Virus record (IMG/VR): IMGVR_UViG_3300014969_000016
Location: 51,715-115,714 of that record
Direction: 5' to 3' (one strand)
Length of the DNA stretch: 64,000 nucleotides
Source: a virus
Lineage: Duplodnaviria > Caudoviricetes
Shown piece by piece: positions 16,840 through 26,605 of the stretch. Position numbers and translations under genes: made by a program. Under the pieces are notes generated by a model that saw nothing but the letters and a program-made list of their open reading frames with translations, did not search any database and had not been told where the DNA came from. How positions within the stretch are numbered: position 1 is the first letter of the stretch; the number at the start of each line of letters is the position of its first letter.

Positions 16840-18126
16840 TCAGGGCGCCGACACCAGCGCCTCAGCCTCACGCTGGCGCTGCTCTTCGGTGAGCATCACG
16901 AAGATGCTGCGAGCCTCCAGGATCTCTTCGACCACCGGGATCTCGTTGGCCTTGAACATACCGGTGAAGATCTGCACGCCCAGGGCGATGCCCATCTCCA
17001 GGATGTCCTGCTCCAGGTTGGCCAGGGCCGTGGTGCCGACCGGCGTGCGAAGCTGGTTGCTCTGACGGGCCAGGCGCAGGTAGTCGCCCAGCAGGCGCAC
17101 GGCCTGGCTGTCGATCAGCTTGGCTTCGATGACCTTGTCGTAGTCCCAGCGGATGTGACGGAACCGGTTGATGAACGCCTCGTTCATCTCACCCATGCCC
17201 TTGTATCCCTCGTTGTACGTGCCGATGATCCACAGGTCGTAGCTGGCGTTCACCGTCTCGGGCATCAGCATGCCGCTGGTGCCATCGAAGGTGGTCTTCC
17301 ACACGGCCTTGTTGCGGTTGGTGAACTCATGGCGGTGGTCAGCCAGCGGGTGGAGCGACGACGTGACTCGCGCATCGAATGCGTTGATCTCGTCCAGGTA
17401 GAGGATGCCACCGGCCAGCGCCGCCAACTCGACCAAGCCGGGGAGCCAGTGAAGCTCACCCATGTAGCTGGTCATCTGACCGAACAGGTCGAAGTCAGTG
17501 ATGCCGCTGGATCCCGAGAGTGTGAACACGGGCATTGGCTTGGGCAGCCCCAGCATCTCGGACCACTCCACGGCCAGAACCTCAACGAGCATCGTCTTGC
17601 CCGACTGCGTCTCACCCTTCAACATGATGTTGGCGGGGCGCTCCTGGTTCTTCTTGCGGTACGCCTTGGTGGTGAAGCGCAGCAGCATCTCCACGTCGGT
17701 GGAGCCATCAGCCATGATGCGGTTGATGTACGCCTTGACCTTGGCCTTGCTCGGGCGCAGGTGATCCAGGCGCTCGTCCATCGGGTCGGTGATCGGCTGG
17801 ATCATGTGGCTGAGCAGAAGGCCGCTGGCCTGTTGCTGAGTCATCGGCGCCACGCTCGGCTCGTACTCCGGGGCAGCAGCCACCGTGGGAACGGTAACGA
17901 CCTGGGCCGGTGCGGTGGCGAAGCCTTCGGGCGTGTCGCTGAGCAGCCGGGGCAGCATGAAGATCTCTTCGCCGTGCGGGCCAGCGACCTTGATCTTGCG
18001 CTGGTTCACGGGATCGTCTTCGGCCCGGATGATGGTGTTGTCAACGATGGTGACAACCTCGTCTTCGTAGAGGCCTTTGAGCACCCGGTACTTGAAGCCT
18101 GGGATGAGTGAGGCTGCGAGAGCCAT
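16840..18126 (-). CDS. MoxR/CbbQ-like AAA+ ATPase
   Basis: GETQSGKT, LYLDEIN, TYNEGYKG, NEAFINRF. Confidence 0.85.
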   Translation of the reverse strand: MALAASLIPGFKYRVLKGLYEDEVVTIVDNTIIRAEDDPVNQRKIKVAGPHGEEIFMLPRLLSDTPEGFATAPAQVVTVPTVAAAPEYEPSVAPMTQQQASGLLLSHMIQPITDPMDERLDHLRPSKAKVKAYINRIMADGSTDVEMLLRFTTKAYRKKNQERPANIMLKGETQSGKTMLVEVLAVEWSEMLGLPKPMPVFTLSGSSGITDFDLFGQMTSYMGELHWLPGLVELAALAGGILYLDEINAFDARVTSSLHPLADHRHEFTNRNKAVWKTTFDGTSGMLMPETVNASYDLWIIGTYNEGYKGMGEMNEAFINRFRHIRWDYDKVIEAKLIDSQAVRLLGDYLRLARQSNQLRTPVGTTALANLEQDILEMGIALGVQIFTGMFKANEIPVVEEILEARSIFVMLTEEQRQREAEALVSAP

Positions 18127-18165
18127 GGTGGTGATCCTTTCAGATCGGGGTAAGTGGTGCGGCAA

Positions 18166-18216
18166 ACGATACAGCGGTTACAGCGGTAACACAACACGCT
18201 CGGCCAAGATTTCTCA
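18166..18216 (-). promoter_or_regulatory. promoter TTGTGT-N17-TATCGT for AAA gene
   Basis: Upstream TGAGAAATC, as in the cassette repeats. Confidence 0.75.
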
Positions 18217-18436
18217 GCGACCTGGGCAAACGCCGTTATCGATTGCGACTTCGAAACTGGCGATTTCTGGCCCTCTACCTGGTGTGATGATGCCTGTTGT
18301 GACAACACACGATGCCCCAGGATCGACGCAAACGCGTTTTGGGCAGTGTGGGTGCGGAACAGGGGTATCGGCCCTCACAGGGCCACACAGAGGCCTCTGG
18401 CGGGTTGCTAGCAGGTCACCCACTATCTCAACAGCC

Positions 18437-18468
18437 GTGTTGTGTTACGGGTGGGCATCCTGTATCGT
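18437..18468 (+). promoter_or_regulatory. promoter TTGTGT-N17-TATCGT for vWA gene
   Basis: ATG 18476 lies 7 nt downstream (leaderless). Confidence 0.75.
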
Positions 18469-18475
18469 GTCCTCC

Positions 18476-20623
18476 ATGACCGCACGTACCCGCAAGCCTC
18501 GCAAGAAGGCGACCACCGACATCGGCCGGTCGATCCTGCAGCGTGAGCGTCAGCGGCTGGCCAAAGAGCAAGCTGATCTTGCCGAGAAGCTGGCTGAGGA
18601 TGCCGCCCGCAGTCGTCGCGCCAACAGGACGAAGAAGAACAACCCGATCACCACGGCCGACAACGCCATGCAGCGCTCCATCGTGCGCCGTGTCGCTGGT
18701 GCCCTGGCGTCTGAGGGTGTGAACGTGCCCATCGAAGCGCACGTGATCCCCAACGAGCAGGGTGTCACGGCCTGGACTGACTTCGACCGGATCTACGCCG
18801 GGTATCACCTTCACGATGACGTGCGGATCACCGCCGCCGTGCTGCGTGGCGAGTTGTACCACGAAGGTGGCCACTGCCGCTTCACCGACCCGTTCGTTGA
18901 CCTGGAGGTTGACGCCAAGAACGAGTGCGGATTCGAAGGCACCGTGGACGAGTTCCGCGTGGCCCTGGGTGGCCGTGACATGACACGGGGCGAGATGCAC
19001 CGTGCGTGGAACGCCCTGGAGGATCAGCGGATGGAGACGGCCGTGGTGAGCGACAGCCCACGCAAGGCCGGATACCTCACTCCCATGATGCTGAGCGAGT
19101 TGGCCTACAGCCCCGAGATGGCGTGCGCCAACTGGCCGCTGATGGTGTGGCGCAAGTACCTGCCCCGCAAGATCCGCGACGGTGCGAAGGCGCTGTTCAT
19201 GGCTGAGCACGGGCCGGATGTCGTGCGCCAGATCCAGATCGTCGTGACCCGCTACGTGCTGGCCACCACGGCCACCGACATGTACATGGCCACCGTGGAG
19301 ATGGCTGAGATCTTCAAGACCATCCAGACGGCCTTCGACATCGATGACAAGGGTGCGGGCCATGATCGCCAGCGCTCCCGCCGTGGCACGCCTGGCAACA
19401 GTGAGCGCGAGATCCCCGTGTCCTCCGACATGATCGAAGAGAACGACGACGAGATCGAATCGATCCCCCAGCCCGGAGCGGGCAAGCCTTCCAAGGCTCC
19501 CAAGCAGGATGCTCCGAAGGCAGACGACGCCCAGGGCGCCGGTACCGATGCCACCGATGAGGAAGATGCCGAAGAGGGCGATGCTTCCAAGGGTGAGCAG
19601 GAGTCGGACGATGCTGGCGATGCCTCGCCTCAGGAAGAGGGCGGCGACAGCGGCACGCACGAAGACGACGGTGCCGATGTCAAGGAGCCGGAAGCTTCCA
19701 AGGATGAGTCGGACGACGACAGCGATGGCGTTGGCGACGACGAGGATGACGAGGAAGACGACGACGAGGATGACGACGACGGCCTGACCCAGGAAGATCT
19801 GGACGAGGCGCTGGCAGAGGCTGAGGAAGAGCGTCTGAACGATCCGACTCTCGACCAGGACGCGCAAGCGTTCCATGACGCCAAGAACGACACGGCCACG
19901 GCATTGAAGCCATACGTCGGCGGCATCTGCTCCAACCCGTTGGAAGTGGCAGAGGCCAACAACCTGGCTGATCAGATGCAGCGTGCTTTCGAGACGGCCA
20001 CGGCCGAACTGCAGCCGATGTGGAAGGAGCAGCAGCGCCGGGGCATCCTCAACGTGCTGCGCTACGAGACGCGCCAGGCTGGCGATGTCGAGTTCTTCCG
20101 CAACTACGTGGACAACGGCAACCCTGGCTGCGACATCGCCGTCAGCGTCCTGCTGGACTACAGCGGTTCCATGGGCAGCGTGGAGGCTGAACTGGCCAAG
20201 GTCGCCTTCGCCTGCAAGCGGGCGGGCGATCTGCTGGGGATCCCGGTCACGGTGACCCTGTGGGATACCGACGCCCGTGTGTTGTGGGACGCCAGCGAGC
20301 GTGCCGAGCACCTGCCGGTCATCGATGCCCAGGGTGGCACCAACCCGCAGGTCGCTCTCAACGACCTGGACAACCAGCGGTTCGGCAAGGCCAAGCACGT
20401 GGTGCTGATCATGACGGACGACGCCTGGAACAACGGAGCGCCCACCCTGGCCAGCTACAAGTCTGAGGGTCGCCTGATCATCGGGCTGGGCTACACAGAC
20501 GGCACCTACAGCCCGTACATCCAGGAGTCGATGGAGAAGAAGGGCGCCGACTTCGCCTACAGCATCAAGGATCTCGCAGAGATCCCCCGGCACCTGGAGC
20601 AGGCGCTCATCACCGTCGCCTGA
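18476..20623 (+). CDS. metallopeptidase-like + acidic linker + vWA domain protein (CobT-like architecture)
   Basis: YHEGGH, WNALEDQRME, D/E-rich linker, LLDYSGSM, GGT, MTD. Confidence 0.85.
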   Translation: MTARTRKPRKKATTDIGRSILQRERQRLAKEQADLAEKLAEDAARSRRANRTKKNNPITTADNAMQRSIVRRVAGALASEGVNVPIEAHVIPNEQGVTAWTDFDRIYAGYHLHDDVRITAAVLRGELYHEGGHCRFTDPFVDLEVDAKNECGFEGTVDEFRVALGGRDMTRGEMHRAWNALEDQRMETAVVSDSPRKAGYLTPMMLSELAYSPEMACANWPLMVWRKYLPRKIRDGAKALFMAEHGPDVVRQIQIVVTRYVLATTATDMYMATVEMAEIFKTIQTAFDIDDKGAGHDRQRSRRGTPGNSEREIPVSSDMIEENDDEIESIPQPGAGKPSKAPKQDAPKADDAQGAGTDATDEEDAEEGDASKGEQESDDAGDASPQEEGGDSGTHEDDGADVKEPEASKDESDDDSDGVGDDEDDEEDDDEDDDDGLTQEDLDEALAEAEEERLNDPTLDQDAQAFHDAKNDTATALKPYVGGICSNPLEVAEANNLADQMQRAFETATAELQPMWKEQQRRGILNVLRYETRQAGDVEFFRNYVDNGNPGCDIAVSVLLDYSGSMGSVEAELAKVAFACKRAGDLLGIPVTVTLWDTDARVLWDASERAEHLPVIDAQGGTNPQVALNDLDNQRFGKAKHVVLIMTDDAWNNGAPTLASYKSEGRLIIGLGYTDGTYSPYIQESMEKKGADFAYSIKDLAEIPRHLEQALITVA

Positions 20624-20646
20624 TACCCAGGTATCACAATCACCCA

Positions 20647-20679
20647 GGAGCCTCACCGTTAACTAGACGGTGAGGCTCC
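20647..20679 (+). terminator. 13-bp hairpin after vWA gene
   Basis: GGAGCCTCACCGT-N7-ACGGTGAGGCTCC. Confidence 0.65.
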
Positions 20680-20705
20680 GACCTTCCAAGCCACACTGAG
20701 GAACC

Positions 20706-20909
20706 ATGACCACGCCCATCAAGCTGAGCGACCCGACCAAGGCACGCCGCAACGGCATCCTGTCGTGCGACGAGTGCGGGCGAGAGATCTCCGTACTGGC
20801 CCACCAAGATCCGGAGTTGGGCGATGGCTGGCCACTGCATCGTTGCCCTGCCACCAACGGAGAGCCGCGAGCATTCGACCGGTTCGATGTTGTGATACCA
20901 CTGCGGTAG
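20706..20909 (+). CDS. small Zn-ribbon protein
   Basis: SD GAGGA; CDECG...HRCP. Confidence 0.55.
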   Translation: MTTPIKLSDPTKARRNGILSCDECGREISVLAHQDPELGDGWPLHRCPATNGEPRAFDRFDVVIPLR

Positions 20910-20918
20910 CTGTACACT
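20888..20918 (+). promoter_or_regulatory. promoter TTGTGA-N17-TACACT
   Basis: ATG 20925 lies 6 nt downstream. Confidence 0.8.
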
Positions 20919-20924
20919 GGTGTT

Positions 20925-21389
20925 ATGACCACAGTACCGATTGCAGTGCGGCCCACACCGCTGCCGTCACAGGCCAAGCCATGGGCCAAGGCGGGCGTTC
21001 ACCTGCTGGTGCTCTACGCCATCTTCGGAGTGTTCCTGATTCGCTACTCCACCAACCTGAACAAGGGGCTGGACGAGGGCCGTGTCACCATGGCTGATGC
21101 CGGGATGCTGCCGTACATCGAAGGCACCGAGACAGTCAACACAGCGACCGGCCAGGTCACATCGGTCGGCCCGCTGAACTACGACCTGCGCCTAGCCCTG
21201 GGTGATGACTGGTTCACCGGTAGCTACACGGGCGCCGACAAGCATCACATCTGCGAAGTGTTCCGGGTGGACCCGGCCCAGGTGTGGCAGATGATCGCCA
21301 CAAACCAGGGTTACGAGGACACGCCCGAGAACCGTGCGACCAGCGATGCGTTCTACGCTGAGCAGTGCGCCAAGAGCGGCGCCGCCTAG
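20925..21389 (+). CDS. membrane-anchored protein, leaderless
   Basis: One hydrophobic helix VHLLVLYAIFGVFLI. Confidence 0.65.
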   Translation: MTTVPIAVRPTPLPSQAKPWAKAGVHLLVLYAIFGVFLIRYSTNLNKGLDEGRVTMADAGMLPYIEGTETVNTATGQVTSVGPLNYDLRLALGDDWFTGSYTGADKHHICEVFRVDPAQVWQMIATNQGYEDTPENRATSDAFYAEQCAKSGAA

Positions 21390-21814
21390 ATCGCGCTCAC
21401 CATCAACGCATATGAAAACCGGCTAGCCACGCGGGACCGGCGCAGGCATGGCAGAGCAGACGCTGCAGCCCCCCCGCATGGCTGGGGGGCTGTTTGCGTT
21501 CAGCGGTGTTCCAGGAAGTGCGTGCTGTGACGGCTGTGCTGGGTGACGTGCTTGCCCGCCTCGCGATACCGGGGGCGAGGATCCGGCCCAGCGGTGGGGA
21601 GACACACGGCAGCGTGCATGCTGCCCTTCATCACGTGCCCACCCTTCTGAGCAGGATCACAAACGGCGCCGCCGCGGACCACGTTGAGGGGCATGGGCGG
21701 CTGACGGTTGGGATCGTTCGCACGGTCGGGTGGACCCTTCGGCATCGATACAACAGTATCAGCCTTAGAGGATCTGAGCGAGTATGGGATGCATAGAGCG
21801 ATATGCCTAGTGGC

Positions 21815-21846
21815 GTGTTGTGTTAACAGCGCACGCAGGGTACAAT
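21815..21846 (+). promoter_or_regulatory. promoter TTGTGT-N17-TACAAT
   Basis: ATG 21853 lies 6 nt downstream. Confidence 0.75.
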
Positions 21847-21852
21847 GAACGC

Positions 21853-22419
21853 ATGGATGATCTCAATGCCAAGACCAACTGGCAGAACATGCAACGGAGC
21901 ACGCCGTTCAAGGCTGAGGCCTACGCCCAGCAAGGCGAAGCTGCGTTCCAACCACAACAGCCCAACATGGGTGGCGCTGGCGCCGCAGCCGGGGAAGCCT
22001 TCGACAAGGGCACCAAGATCCTCATCGGTGCCGCCGCCGTCAAGGCCGGGGCGAACCATTACCAGCAGACCGGAGACGCCTCCCAGGCTCTACAGACCGG
22101 CGCCGTCGCCTACGTGCGCTGGATGGTCTTCTTCTTGGCCATCTGCATGTGGTTCGCTCTCTTCGCCGTCACCGGCCTGAACGGCGGGCGCTCTGCAGGC
22201 ACGGCCAGCGTCGGCGGCGTCCACGCAGCCACGTTCAAGATGCTGCTGCTCTTCGGTATCACCCCGTTCCTCTTCGGAGTGAACTGGTGCCGCAACATCG
22301 ACTTCTGCCTGTTCAGGCGTGGTCTGATCTACAAGCTCTACGCACCTATCGCCCAGGTGACTGAGATCATCCCAACGTGGGCACTTTATGCCCTACTGCT
22401 GGTTCCTGTTGTACTGTGA
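21853..22419 (+). CDS. multi-pass membrane protein, leaderless
   Basis: About 3 hydrophobic helices. Confidence 0.65.
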   Translation: MDDLNAKTNWQNMQRSTPFKAEAYAQQGEAAFQPQQPNMGGAGAAAGEAFDKGTKILIGAAAVKAGANHYQQTGDASQALQTGAVAYVRWMVFFLAICMWFALFAVTGLNGGRSAGTASVGGVHAATFKMLLLFGITPFLFGVNWCRNIDFCLFRRGLIYKLYAPIAQVTEIIPTWALYALLLVPVVL

Positions 22420-22459
22420 TACCAGTACACTGATACGTCCAAGAAAGGACACCTAACCC

Positions 22460-22948
22460 ATGGCAGAGAAGCTGCGAACGTTCGACTTCGACAAGCCGAG
22501 CGAACTCACCAGTTCAGAGAAGATCCAGTACCCATGGGATCAATGGCTGGATGGTGACATCTGGCAGTTGACCCAGGGCGAGGACTTCATGACGCATCCA
22601 TTGATGATGGAGCGGATCATCCGTACCCGTGCCACCACTCGTCAGGCCAAGGTGCGCTTGCGCCACCAGCCCCTGCATGAAGGCAACGGGGATCCCTTCG
22701 GCATCCTGATCATCCAGCGCACCGACCGCATCGGTCCAGCCGACGCCAAGAAGGCAGAAGCGCGGGCCAAGCGTGAGGCCAAGAAGGCGGCTGCGGCTGC
22801 CGAGGCCGAGCAGTTGCTGGCCAACAGCGGCATCAAGACGGTCAAGTCACCGGCCAAGGTTGCCACGAACGGCAAGACGCCGCGCATCCAGCACCGCACG
22901 GTCAAGAACGTCAGCAAGCGTCCCGTGCGCAAGCCGGTCGCTGCCTAA
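22460..22948 (+). CDS. putative DNA-binding protein with Lys/Ala-rich tail
   Basis: YPWDQWLDGDIWQLTQGEDF; histone-like C-terminus; SD GAAAGGA. Confidence 0.65.
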   Translation: MAEKLRTFDFDKPSELTSSEKIQYPWDQWLDGDIWQLTQGEDFMTHPLMMERIIRTRATTRQAKVRLRHQPLHEGNGDPFGILIIQRTDRIGPADAKKAEARAKREAKKAAAAAEAEQLLANSGIKTVKSPAKVATNGKTPRIQHRTVKNVSKRPVRKPVAA

Positions 22949-22963
22949 GCCGCCATTGCGGAG

Positions 22964-22990
22964 CAACAGCCCCCCTTCGGGGGGCTGTTG
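22964..22990. terminator. bidirectional terminator at convergence point
   Basis: CAACAGCCCCC(C)-TTCG-GGGGGCTGTTG. Confidence 0.8.
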
Positions 22991-23003
22991 TGCGTTCTAG
23001 TAA

Positions 23004-23294
23004 CTAGTACAGCGTTCCCTGGCGGGGGTCAGGTGTGGGCGTTGTCGGCCGTGGCCGTGGTCCTGGACCCTTGCGCGACTGGTCAGTCCAGTTGTGCTCC
23101 GTCCCCTTCGGGCCGAACTGGTTCCAGTTGACGTGATCCATCTCATGTGGCTCACTGACGCCCAGCGTCAACTGCCTGCTCCCATACACGGGTAACGCCC
23201 CTGGCGGGTGGGTCATCACCGTGTTCGGTAGACGCTCCGAGGCGTGCTTGGCCCGCATCCTGTCCAGTCGCTTACCCATAGCTGAGTCCTTCAA
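23004..23294 (-). CDS. low-complexity hypothetical protein
   Basis: ORF ending at the terminator. Confidence 0.5.
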   Translation of the reverse strand: MKDSAMGKRLDRMRAKHASERLPNTVMTHPPGALPVYGSRQLTLGVSEPHEMDHVNWNQFGPKGTEHNWTDQSRKGPGPRPRPTTPTPDPRQGTLY

Positions 23295-23529
23295 AGGGGT
23301 CTTCGGGCTGGTGCTGACCAGTCTCGTTGAGCTTCATCATGCTGTGAACCATGTTCATCGTGGCGTCGCTGGGGTCGTAGATCCCGGCGTTCTGTGCGTG
23401 GTGCCGCAGGACGTGCGGGTGCATGTTCTTCACGTCGTCTGACTTGATGCCCCGAGCCTGCAGGTGCCCGACCAGCTTCTGCGCCTTGACCTGGCGGGCC
23501 ATGTCCTCGTAGGGATTGTTGTCGGTCAC
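23272..23529 (-). CDS. hypothetical protein
   Basis: GTGA-coupled ORF. Confidence 0.55.
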   Translation of the reverse strand: MTDNNPYEDMARQVKAQKLVGHLQARGIKSDDVKNMHPHVLRHHAQNAGIYDPSDATMNMVHSMMKLNETGQHQPEDPFEGLSYG

Positions 23530-24944
23530 GTCACCGGATCCCCTTCCATGTCCATCTCTTCGATGATCTCGTCAACGATCATCGGCCGGTCCAGCGCCCT
23601 GGCGTTGGTGCCCGCCTGCTCACCGAACAGACGCGAGATCAGCCCCGCCGACGCCGCCTGGCCAGCCTCACCGCTGGCGTCCACGCTGATGTGCAGCTTG
23701 GACGAGTTGTCTTCGATCTGCTTCCACTTGTCGATCAGGTCGAAGACACGGTCGATCTCCTTGCCCACCAGGGCATCAGGGGTGCCGAGCGCCTGCTCCG
23801 AGAAGGCGGCGAACAGCGCACGCTGGCCCTGAACCTCGACCAGCGAGCGCAGGAGCGCCTGTCGCTGATCCTTGGTCTTGATGACCACCGGGATGTTGTA
23901 GGCGCACCGTGCCCCTGGGTTGAACGCTGGGCATGACGCCGAGAGGATGCACGTGCTGCATTGCCGTGCCGACTCCTGGGTCACTTCGATGGTGCTGTAC
24001 GACTCGGTCGTCTTGTTGCCCTCTGCATCCTCCGTCTCGGTGATGGTGGTCTGCAGACCGACCAACGGAAGGGGGCGAGTTGATACCGCACTGGTAGGTG
24101 TTTGGGCTGTTTGGTGCCCGGTCGTACGGGGGGCGCTGGCAACTCCACTGATCGGGATGACATTGCCTGGGGAGCCGTTGAAGGCCGGATTAGTAACTAG
24201 CGCATGCCCTGTCTGGCGTCCGATGGTGTTCAGATGTCGTTCCAAGGCCATCCACGACAGGACCGCGCACCTCACCGTCTCGGTGGGATCGTCGGCCAGA
24301 ACGGCCGAGACATCGCACCCGAGCGCTTCGATGGCGTCGGCGTAGCGCTGCCGCTTGAGGTGCTTGTCTTCGGCGTTGAGGCGCACCAGCCTGTTACCCA
24401 CCCATACCTGTGTTTCGCCGTGCTTCTGCACAGCCCACCAGGCGCTGGATACGACCGTATCGAACCGTTCCAAACCCTTGGACCGGCCGGTGAGTCCACC
24501 GAGCACGCCCATGGCTGGTAGCGCCGCCCGTGCCGTGCGCACAGCAGCGGCGTTGTCCACCACGGAATCAGGCAAGACGATGCCCTCGTAATCCTCTGCG
24601 AAGATACGAACCACGCTGGTGTCACGGCCGTCCCAAATGGGAAGGAACCCGAGATCGCTGTCCCTGATCCACGTATCGGTGGCCCAGTTGACTGGCCCTG
24701 CAACTGACTCACAGGCCACCTGGGATCCGGCCAACAGTTCCAATACAGGTTCCACTGGGCAAGAGGGGGTATCTGCGTAGACGATCCAGTCCAGACCGCC
24801 AAGACGGTCATTGGTGGCCCAGTCACCGTACTTTGAGGTGTGCCTGGCCAAGTTGTTGATGTTGATAGCGACACGCTCAACTCCACACTGCTTGAGAAGG
24901 TTCAGGTGGGTGGGCGCCTCTGCTCCAGCGAAGAAGATCTGCAT
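23526..24944 (-). CDS. TGT/DpdA-like fold protein (apparently degenerate) with C-terminal Cys cluster
   Basis: MQIFFAGAE start; FDTVVSSAWW...HGETQVW; CSTCILSASCPAF...CAY. Confidence 0.45.
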   Translation of the reverse strand: MQIFFAGAEAPTHLNLLKQCGVERVAININNLARHTSKYGDWATNDRLGGLDWIVYADTPSCPVEPVLELLAGSQVACESVAGPVNWATDTWIRDSDLGFLPIWDGRDTSVVRIFAEDYEGIVLPDSVVDNAAAVRTARAALPAMGVLGGLTGRSKGLERFDTVVSSAWWAVQKHGETQVWVGNRLVRLNAEDKHLKRQRYADAIEALGCDVSAVLADDPTETVRCAVLSWMALERHLNTIGRQTGHALVTNPAFNGSPGNVIPISGVASAPRTTGHQTAQTPTSAVSTRPLPLVGLQTTITETEDAEGNKTTESYSTIEVTQESARQCSTCILSASCPAFNPGARCAYNIPVVIKTKDQRQALLRSLVEVQGQRALFAAFSEQALGTPDALVGKEIDRVFDLIDKWKQIEDNSSKLHISVDASGEAGQAASAGLISRLFGEQAGTNARALDRPMIVDEIIEEMDMEGDPVT

Positions 24945-24947
24945 GTG

Positions 24948-25970
24948 TCAACGCCCAGGGCCACGCCCACCGATGGTGCTGCGGACCTTCACCTTCGGTG
25001 GCTGCATCATGGTCTGCGAGTAGAACGACGACGAACGCCCACCAGGTTCCAAGGCGGGCATGGCTTGAGCCTCGCCGCCAGAAGAGACTGGTGACGGCCC
25101 ACGGTTGACGGGGACGCCTGTTCCAAGCTCTCCCTCTCCACTGTCTCCGCTGGTACCCATGTAGAAGCTCGACCTTCTTCCTGGCCCGATCTCGGGCTGA
25201 ATGACTTCGGCGTCTTCGATACCACCGTATGACGTAGAAAACTTCGCTCGCGAGGTCGGAGTGCTCGACGGCGCAGACGGCGCAGTCGGTTCGGTTGGCT
25301 CAGGGTTGCCGTCCACCGAACGGTATCCCTCCACGAATCCAGCAGCACGGGCGACGTTGCGGGTGGCCAACCCCTTGCCGAGAGGATGCGCCCACTTGGA
25401 CGGCCCACGGGCTGCATCGAACTTGCCGAGGGTGGTGACCGAGGATGGGTTGAACGCCCCCTGCTGTGTTACTTGATCGTTCTGCTCCCACCAGCCCTTG
25501 CCGGTGCCCATGAACCCGGTAGCGCCGCCGCCACCCTTGCGCTGGCCCCCACGACGGGCAGCGACACGGTTGGCCTGGTACTGCTTGACCACCGGGTCGT
25601 CGGCCGAGAACAGGTTCATCTGGCTGGGGTCGTTGACCGACTTCGGCACGTTGGAGTTGCCGGTACCGGCGTTGACGATCTTGGTCTTGGGCGTGGGAGC
25701 GAAGTCGCCCGTGCCACGGACTGCGCTGCTCATCTCCCGGCTGCTCAGGTACTTGACCAGCTTCTGTCCACCTGGTTCGGCCAGGCGTGAGGCAACACGC
25801 TGACCCACGGCCCTGCTGGCCAGACGTTGTCCAGCCTCGCCTGCGGTGAAGTTGGCCACGCGGCGCCCGAGCGCCCCGGTGACTCCCTTGGTTACCCCGT
25901 ACTCGACCGATTCCTTGGCGATACGAGGGCCGAAGGCTTCGAAAGCCGCTCCGAGAAGTCTGCCGAGCAT
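24948..25970 (-). CDS. G/A/S/P-rich low-complexity protein
   Basis: 340-aa ORF coupled to the upstream gene. Confidence 0.55.
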   Translation of the reverse strand: MLGRLLGAAFEAFGPRIAKESVEYGVTKGVTGALGRRVANFTAGEAGQRLASRAVGQRVASRLAEPGGQKLVKYLSSREMSSAVRGTGDFAPTPKTKIVNAGTGNSNVPKSVNDPSQMNLFSADDPVVKQYQANRVAARRGGQRKGGGGATGFMGTGKGWWEQNDQVTQQGAFNPSSVTTLGKFDAARGPSKWAHPLGKGLATRNVARAAGFVEGYRSVDGNPEPTEPTAPSAPSSTPTSRAKFSTSYGGIEDAEVIQPEIGPGRRSSFYMGTSGDSGEGELGTGVPVNRGPSPVSSGGEAQAMPALEPGGRSSSFYSQTMMQPPKVKVRSTIGGRGPGR

Positions 25971-26593
25971 TACTGCCTCCGGAATCCCCGGCCAGCTTCG
26001 TACTCGGCACGGTTCTGTTGAGCGAATGTTCCTGGTCCCACGGTGTGTGGTGCTGACTCACCGATGAAGTTGGAGTTGGCGGGTTCGGCGTAGAAGTGCG
26101 GGTTGCGCTTCTGCGGGAGCGCTCCCGGCCCGCCCACGATCTTGGTCTTGGGCTTGTCGCCACCAGGCGACAGGATGTTGCCGATGATCGGAATCTTGCG
26201 GATGATCCCGGCGAATGGCGTATGCGGGATGATGAGAGGCGCCAGCGCTCCGACCGCCAGACCAGCAAGTGTTCCAACACCGGGGACGATGGAGCCTGCC
26301 TCTGCACCAGCGAGCGCCCCTGCACCAGCCTCAGCAGCAGCGGTGGCTCCGACACGGGCTGCCGACAGTCCAGCGACCCGTGCCGCCGTCATCCCGACAG
26401 CGTTGCGAACCGTGGTTCCACCAGCCGCCCGAGCCACGGTGGCTCCGAGGTCAGCGCCCCAGCCCGCCTCCCAGGCTCCCTTGGCGAACGGAGCCATGCG
26501 GCTGCCGACCTTGTACGCGCCGTACGCAGCAGGGGCGTACTGGGCCGCATCACCGAGTAGGGAGCCATAGTCGTCACCGCTGGTATCAGACAT
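25970..26593 (-). CDS. glycine-zipper-like G/A-rich protein
   Basis: AGAGALAGAEAGSIVPGVGTLAGLAVGAL; SD GGGAGG. Confidence 0.6.
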   Translation of the reverse strand: MSDTSGDDYGSLLGDAAQYAPAAYGAYKVGSRMAPFAKGAWEAGWGADLGATVARAAGGTTVRNAVGMTAARVAGLSAARVGATAAAEAGAGALAGAEAGSIVPGVGTLAGLAVGALAPLIIPHTPFAGIIRKIPIIGNILSPGGDKPKTKIVGGPGALPQKRNPHFYAEPANSNFIGESAPHTVGPGTFAQQNRAEYEAGRGFRRQ

Positions 26594-26605
26594 GGCATAC
26601 CTCCC

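Noticed and set aside
18077-18475. N-terminal extension of the vWA ORF
   Set aside because: Covers the divergent promoter region; ATG 18476 fits a leaderless start
18428-20656. 742-aa minus-strand ORF
   Set aside because: Antisense shadow of the vWA gene
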